The translations under genes and the position numbers were made by a program. From the NCBI GenBank assembly GCA_031425235.1, contig JANPIZ010000001.1, forward strand, positions 27,731 through 91,730: a stretch of DNA of 64,000 nt, read 5' to 3'. The notes beneath the pieces were generated by a model. It worked only from the letters and a program-made list of their open reading frames with translations, was not told the origin of the DNA and did not search any database. This document shows positions 58,665 to 64,000 of the stretch, one piece after another. Positions within the stretch are counted from its first letter, which is position 1, and each line of letters opens with the position of its first letter. Source of the DNA: Candidatus Nomurabacteria bacterium. Lineage in GTDB: Bacteria; Patescibacteriota; Minisyncoccia; Phycocordibacterales; UBA9973.

Positions 58665-59852
58665 ATGAAAAAAATATTCTCAATAGGAAGCAGTGTCACC
58701 GCTATTGCATTACTTCTCGTATTATCATTTGGTATGATAGCGGAAGCCGCAACTCCAACAGTAAACGTAACTGGTAACTATGTTGTAAATATGGAATATC
58801 TAGGCAGTAACTATGCTCATGATATGTCATTGACCCAAGATGGTTCTGGAAATGTAACTGGTAACGGAGGTTCTCCCTCTGGAGCAAATACATATGCCTG
58901 GAGTGTTACTTCGGGTACAGTTTCAGGAAATGCAATTGACTTCTTAGCAAATTATACAGCTACCCCAGATGCAGTAACTCCACAAACAGTTCTTCACGTT
59001 ATGGGGACTGTCGCAGCTAACGGTACAATAAGTGGAACATGGTCAGATAACTATCAAGGAGGTTCACGATCAGGTGCTTTCACTTCAACCAGTGGGACAG
59101 CAGCCCTTCTCGGATCCCTTAATGCTGAAGATTTCGGGGTTGTAAATTACGACACTGGACTAGGAATGCTAAAGGGTTACACGGCAGGATTTGGTGTTGC
59201 TAACAACACACTTGCTGGCGCCACAAATGTTCAAGTAAAATTATACGGAGCAGGGGATCAACTATTGCAAACTAATACAGCAATCCTTCCAAAGTTTAAT
59301 GCTGATATAACTGGCTCTCAGTTCTCATCACCATTTGATGTATCTGGAAACTTCGCATACGCAACTGATGGATACTGGACAAATGTCCGTGCAGCCCAAT
59401 ACGGTCAAAGTATCCCTGCTACAAAAGTAGTAGCGACGGTGACTCTCGCAAACGGTAAAATTGTAACTGCAACCAATGCAAACTTGAGTGGCGATCCAAC
59501 AACTATTTACCCAGCAGCAACTCACATGATAGTTGCTTCAGCAGGTGCTAATGGTTCAATTTCTCCATCAGGTTCAGTCCTCGTAAATAATGCTACAAGC
59601 AAAACATTTACTATCACTGCTAATAGCGGTTACCAAGTAAACGATGTTCTCGTTGACGGATCTTCGGTAGGTGCGGTTAACACATATACATTTAATAATG
59701 TGACAGCAAACCACACTATTGCAGCTTCATTCAAAGCAGAAACTACAAACCAACCAACAAATAAAGATGCATGTAAAAATGGTGGCTGGAAGACCTTCAC
59801 AAACCCAACATTTAAAAACCAGGGTCAATGTGTAAGTTCTACAAATCGATAA
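58665..59852 (+). CDS. Secreted protein with InlB B-repeat-like domain and C-terminal CKNGGW..FKNQG.CVS motif
   Basis: Signal peptide; IVASAGANGSISPSG...FTITANSGYQVNDVLVDG...YTFNNVTANHTIAASF. Confidence 0.85.
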   Translation: MKKIFSIGSSVTAIALLLVLSFGMIAEAATPTVNVTGNYVVNMEYLGSNYAHDMSLTQDGSGNVTGNGGSPSGANTYAWSVTSGTVSGNAIDFLANYTATPDAVTPQTVLHVMGTVAANGTISGTWSDNYQGGSRSGAFTSTSGTAALLGSLNAEDFGVVNYDTGLGMLKGYTAGFGVANNTLAGATNVQVKLYGAGDQLLQTNTAILPKFNADITGSQFSSPFDVSGNFAYATDGYWTNVRAAQYGQSIPATKVVATVTLANGKIVTATNANLSGDPTTIYPAATHMIVASAGANGSISPSGSVLVNNATSKTFTITANSGYQVNDVLVDGSSVGAVNTYTFNNVTANHTIAASFKAETTNQPTNKDACKNGGWKTFTNPTFKNQGQCVSSTNR

Positions 59853-59880
59853 TAACAAAGTAGATCAATAGAATAAGCGA

Positions 59881-59918
59881 AAGTAAAAGAACCACCCATA
59901 CGGGTGGTTCTTTTACTT
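59881..59918 (+). terminator. Intrinsic terminator
   Basis: AAGTAAAAGAACCACCC-ATAC-GGGTGGTTCTTTTACTT. Confidence 0.9.
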
Positions 59919-60165
59919 ATATTATTTTTAAATTTAAGTATTTTTAGTTTTATAGAGGAGATATACTCATTTTCTGTAATATAAACACCTCTTTAGCGTC
60001 ATAGTAACTAGAGATCAACTGATGACTAGAATGTCTACATGATATCCATTCCTAGTTTGACAAAGTTCTGTAAATCTGTTAGATTGCGATTATATAGAAA
60101 AAAGTTGCAAGGTGTAAATTTATTATCAAAAGTCGTTATTTATAAGTTTAATTTTAAAAATAAGT

Positions 60166-62538
60166 ATGAAAAAAATATTGTCGTTTCTAATTATGTTTTC
60201 GATGGTTTTCTCAATGGTCGGATCTTTACCTCTTGCTGCAAGCGCACAACAAGCAGAAAATAATGCAGTTGCCGTAGAAGATATAATAAATATCTGTCAC
60301 AAAACTGGATCGAATTGGAAATTCAAAACTGTTAACGAATCATCATCCCTCAGTGCTCATCTAGGACACGGAGATTTTGCATACGAGGGTTCCTTAGAAG
60401 CAGAATTTGATAAAGATGCTTGGTGTGAATCAAATATTCCTGAGACAACACCAACAGATGTTTGCCCTAATGTAGATGGTGTGCAGACACAAAATCCATG
60501 TGCAGACACTACCTGTGAAGAAGAAGGCGGAACATGGGATTCTGAAACACAAGAATGTGATAATCCAACATCTCAAATTGAAAATTCATGTCCAGCACCA
60601 GATTCACTGACTGACGAAACAGTAGAAGTAATCAATGCAGGTTCAGAGGAAACCTTACAAAGTATTTTGAACGATGAGGGGTATGGAGTAAATGTAAATA
60701 CAAACCAGAAGCAATACCAACTTTGGAATATCCCTGCAAACTCAGAAATAAATTTTGATGCAAAATTTATCGAAGGTATATCCGGTAGCCAGATGACATT
60801 TGGTTACTACACAGATAGTAGTATGGCAAATTTCGTTCCTGTGTTTAAAACTGGAGCAAGCGCTCCTGAGGCAGTCCCCGTTGTTTCTTCAGGAAGTCCA
60901 GCTATTTCAGTAAATGTGGGTGCAGCTACCAGTGTAGGTTTCGCTATAAAAGTATATCATTCAACTGGACCACTCCTCGGTATCATTGCTACTGAAAACG
61001 CACTTTATAGTCCTGCAGAAAATGGCCCAACAGACAAAGCAATAGTATACAGCCCAGCATCAGATCAATACGTAATAGCATTTGAAGACTGGGAATTTGG
61101 GGGCTTTGATTACAATGACGTCGTAGTTGAAATAACTCTAGAATGCGAAGAAGTTCAGGGAGAGACTACATCTTCTAATATAACTTATGTAGACCCAGTT
61201 AGTATGAACGGATGGACATATTTTCCAGAAAATAATAATGGTGGACAAACTGGTCAAATGGTTGTAGGTCCAACTGGGCAACCAGCAGGAACAGGAAGTG
61301 CAGAATTTAAGCTTACTGCAAATGATCAAGGTCAAGTTTTGGGTATGACCAATATAAGAGGCACTCGTTTTAGTCAAATTAATTCTCTTACATACAGTAC
61401 ATACACTCCGACAGCAGGAGTGGCACTACCTGCACTTCAGTTTGAATTTGATAATAATCGCAGTGATGCGGATAATTCTTACAAAGGACGTTTAGTGTAT
61501 GAGCCATATTACACTCACACAGTATCTACTAACACCTGGCAAACATGGAATCCTATGGATAATAGTGAGTCAGGTGGCAATGGTAACTGGTGGTTTAGTG
61601 ATGGAACTATAGCCACAGCTTCAGGCTGCTCTATTACAACACCATGTACATGGGCAGAAATTACAGCATTATATCCAAATGCCGGTATCCGCGATGATGG
61701 TACTCCTCTTTCAGGTTTAACTCTATTTAAAGCAGGAAGTGGATCTACATTTACTGCGAATGTAGATAAATTTATTACTGTTATCAAAACTGGCAATAAC
61801 ACTCACACAGAAACTTACGATTTTGAACCAAGTACTACTGACACCCCAACTCCATCTGCTTGTTCTGATGGAATAGACAACAGCGATGCAGAAGACTCAT
61901 TAGCAGATGCTCTTGATCCAGGTTGTCACTCTGATGGAAACGTAAACAACACTAATTCATACGTATCATCTGACAATGATGAATCAAATTCATCTACTCA
62001 ATGTTCAGACGGACTAGATAACGATACCGATGGAAATATAGACTCACAAGATGTTGGTTGCCAGTCTGGAGAGGGTAATTCATGGAATCCAGATGATGAT
62101 AATGAAATCAATGAAGGTAATAACAATAGCAGTGGAAGCAGTAGTAGTGGTAGTAGTCGTCGAACAGGAAGTTCAGTAGCAGGTCAAGTACTCGGTGCTG
62201 AAACTTCATGTGGTATCTACCTCGACAAATACCTCAAGATGGGATTGAAGAATGATGTTGAAGCTGTAAAGAAAGTTCAAAAATTCTTGAACGATTTCTT
62301 CAAAGCAGGACTTGTAGTAGATGGAGTTTTCGGACCCCTTACTGATAAGCATGTTCGTGCATTCCAACTTTCTCATAAAACTAAAATCTTAGATCCGTGG
62401 GGATTAAAGGGTCCTACAGGTATCGTATATCTCACAACACAAACTGAGATAAACAATATCATATGTCCACCTCTTGACCTACCAATACCACCTCTTACAC
62501 CTTTTGAAACGAATCCAGCGGTTCCTCCAAAAGCGTAA
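60166..62538 (+). CDS. Multidomain secreted surface protein with C-terminal peptidoglycan-binding domain
   Basis: Signal peptide; ICHKTG..HLGHGD module; FEDW..DYNDVVV (DUF4114-like); CSDG.DN.D Ca-binding-like repeats; VLGAET-C..YL..G.KND..VKKVQKFLN. Confidence 0.85.
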   Translation: MKKILSFLIMFSMVFSMVGSLPLAASAQQAENNAVAVEDIINICHKTGSNWKFKTVNESSSLSAHLGHGDFAYEGSLEAEFDKDAWCESNIPETTPTDVCPNVDGVQTQNPCADTTCEEEGGTWDSETQECDNPTSQIENSCPAPDSLTDETVEVINAGSEETLQSILNDEGYGVNVNTNQKQYQLWNIPANSEINFDAKFIEGISGSQMTFGYYTDSSMANFVPVFKTGASAPEAVPVVSSGSPAISVNVGAATSVGFAIKVYHSTGPLLGIIATENALYSPAENGPTDKAIVYSPASDQYVIAFEDWEFGGFDYNDVVVEITLECEEVQGETTSSNITYVDPVSMNGWTYFPENNNGGQTGQMVVGPTGQPAGTGSAEFKLTANDQGQVLGMTNIRGTRFSQINSLTYSTYTPTAGVALPALQFEFDNNRSDADNSYKGRLVYEPYYTHTVSTNTWQTWNPMDNSESGGNGNWWFSDGTIATASGCSITTPCTWAEITALYPNAGIRDDGTPLSGLTLFKAGSGSTFTANVDKFITVIKTGNNTHTETYDFEPSTTDTPTPSACSDGIDNSDAEDSLADALDPGCHSDGNVNNTNSYVSSDNDESNSSTQCSDGLDNDTDGNIDSQDVGCQSGEGNSWNPDDDNEINEGNNNSSGSSSSGSSRRTGSSVAGQVLGAETSCGIYLDKYLKMGLKNDVEAVKKVQKFLNDFFKAGLVVDGVFGPLTDKHVRAFQLSHKTKILDPWGLKGPTGIVYLTTQTEINNIICPPLDLPIPPLTPFETNPAVPPKA

Positions 62539-62562
62539 CTTAAGCTTTGATAGGGAATAGGG

Positions 62563-62597
62563 AAACAGCCCCGACGTACGTCGGGGCTGTTTTTGTT
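62563..62597 (+). terminator. Intrinsic terminator
   Basis: AAACAGCCCCGAC-GTAC-GTCGGGGCTGTTT. Confidence 0.9.
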
Positions 62598-62695
62598 TAA
62601 TTTTCTAGCATGATATAATTTGTCAGATAGATAATAAATTGATAAAAGGGTACGTACAATTGACATTTAGCCTTAAATATTATATAATATACAAA

Positions 62696-63814
62696 ATGCA
62701 AAAACTCGCCACATGGTTTAAAAAATATTTTATCCCGCACGAGCACAATGAGTTTAAACCTCATTTATTAAGGCACGAATCAGCGCTGATGCTACTCCTA
62801 TTAGTCCTCCTCGTGGAGCTTGTTTTCCTCGCCCAAGTATTTATCGTGTTTGATAAAACCAATTTCCTCGCCTCTGTATTACCAGGTGTATTGACCACGC
62901 TTACAAACAAAGAACGCGCTCAAAATAATGTCGAGCCTTTAGTACAAAATGACCTCCTTACTAAAGCAGCACAACTCAAAGCCAACGACATGGCTCAAAA
63001 TGAATATTTTGCTCACACAAGCCCTGAAGGTAAAACACCCTGGCACTGGCTGAATCAAGTCGGCTACAAATACAGCCTGGCAGGAGAAAACCTAGCAATA
63101 AACTTCTTTGAATCACGTGAGGTTGCGGAAGCATGGATGAATTCACCCACACATCGTGCCAATATCGTGAAGCAACATTATAAAGAAATAGGTATTGCCG
63201 TTGCAAGTGGAAGATACCAAGGTTCCGATACTGTGTTTGTAGCACAATTTTTTGGAACACCAACAGTGGTAGCGCCTCTCCCTGAAACCCCAGCTCAGAC
63301 GGAAGTACAGACACCAACACCTATCACTACCACAAAACCAAAACCCACACCTCCTGTTACTCCAAAACCAACTGTAGTTCCCACGAAAAAATCAATAACC
63401 GCCGATGGCGGGACCCCGCAGAAAGCAGTGGTACCAGAACCGACCCCGGCTCCGACAACAACGATCGCAGTTGTACCCACCACAACGCAAGTCCTAGGTG
63501 AAGAGACAAACGCAACCACAGAAAGCATTTTCACTCAGATTATTTCTGACCTAAAATCATTTACGGATAGAGTGCTAACTTCTCCAGACAAATTTGTTGC
63601 TTACACATATGGGGCGATTGCATTCGTAGTTATTCTTGCGCTCATGCTCGCTATGTTTATCAAGTCCGAAATGGGTCATCGACCAAATGTTGTCAGGGGG
63701 CTTTCGATAGTAAGCGTCATAGTAATACTTATAATTGTAAATATGAGAATATTCCACGTAGAAACAAAAGTGCCTTCGGAAAGTCTCGAAGCGAGCGTGA
63801 TTGCGTCACAATAG
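62696..63814 (+). CDS. CAP/SCP domain membrane protein
   Basis: TNKER, AAQLKANDM..YFAHTSP, AGENLA, WMNSPTHRANI; TTGACA(62660)-17-TATAAT(62683) supports start at 62696. Confidence 0.92.
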   Translation: MQKLATWFKKYFIPHEHNEFKPHLLRHESALMLLLLVLLVELVFLAQVFIVFDKTNFLASVLPGVLTTLTNKERAQNNVEPLVQNDLLTKAAQLKANDMAQNEYFAHTSPEGKTPWHWLNQVGYKYSLAGENLAINFFESREVAEAWMNSPTHRANIVKQHYKEIGIAVASGRYQGSDTVFVAQFFGTPTVVAPLPETPAQTEVQTPTPITTTKPKPTPPVTPKPTVVPTKKSITADGGTPQKAVVPEPTPAPTTTIAVVPTTTQVLGEETNATTESIFTQIISDLKSFTDRVLTSPDKFVAYTYGAIAFVVILALMLAMFIKSEMGHRPNVVRGLSIVSVIVILIIVNMRIFHVETKVPSESLEASVIASQ

Positions 63815-63836
63815 GTAGTTGTTGTACAATGTAGGT

Positions 63837-64000
63837 ATGCGCAAGGAACGTATATTATTATTGTTGGGTATTTGGGTAGCTGTGTTGCCATACCTTGGAT
63901 TTCCGTATTCATGGAAAAATATATTTTTCACTGCGGCCGGACTCGGCTTGATATATGTGAGTTTTACTTTGCATAAAGAATCTAAAACAAAAGAAAAAAA
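63837..64000 (+). CDS. Small membrane protein, partial (runs off right edge)
   Basis: MRKERILLLLGIWVAVLPYLGFPYSWKNIFFTAAGLGLIYV...; TACAAT 6 nt upstream. Confidence 0.7.
   Translation, partial: MRKERILLLLGIWVAVLPYLGFPYSWKNIFFTAAGLGLIYVSFTLHKESKTKEK

Noticed and set aside
59950-60050. CTGATGA-containing intergenic stretch as fluoride riboswitch or hammerhead
   Set aside because: Required pairing and GAAA core not found.

Overview
AT-rich bacterial chromosome segment, genetic code 11. Gene content and style (type IV pilin cluster, giant secreted fibre proteins, split transketolase, almost no Shine-Dalgarno sites, -10 boxes directly before start codons) suggest a Patescibacteria/CPR genome, probably Parcubacteria (inference). 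Left to right: two giant secreted beta-rich surface proteins (one runs off the left edge and is missing from the ORF track); a REP-associated tyrosine transposase (RAYT) with three palindromic REPs, two of which bracket an orphan gene; a gap-rpiB-rpe-tkt operon interleaved with orphan genes; housekeeping genes (dnaE, pth, lepB, hisS, def, fmt, hpf); a redox/stress accessory region (NDH-2, msrA, msrB, SDR, MarR, DUF4331-TPR-HupE/UreJ operon); tRNA-Asn, tRNA-Ala, mltG, RNase P RNA, arginine decarboxylase; an IS481-like element; a compact type IV pilus operon; and a cluster of secreted proteins. Most notable: (1) both tRNAs are followed by a ~170-nt multi-hairpin element ending in a duplicated tRNA 3' end with a shared ATCTCGG junction; (2) the RAYT/REP locus has copy-specific but perfectly paired outer arms, and REPs supply stop codons; (3) a decayed copy of marR plus its operator/promoter sits in front of the DUF4331-TPR-HupE operon, implying co-regulation with msrB; (4) a candidate ~80-nt sRNA is transcribed back-to-back with rnpB. 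All family calls come from motif recognition by eye; no database searches were run.
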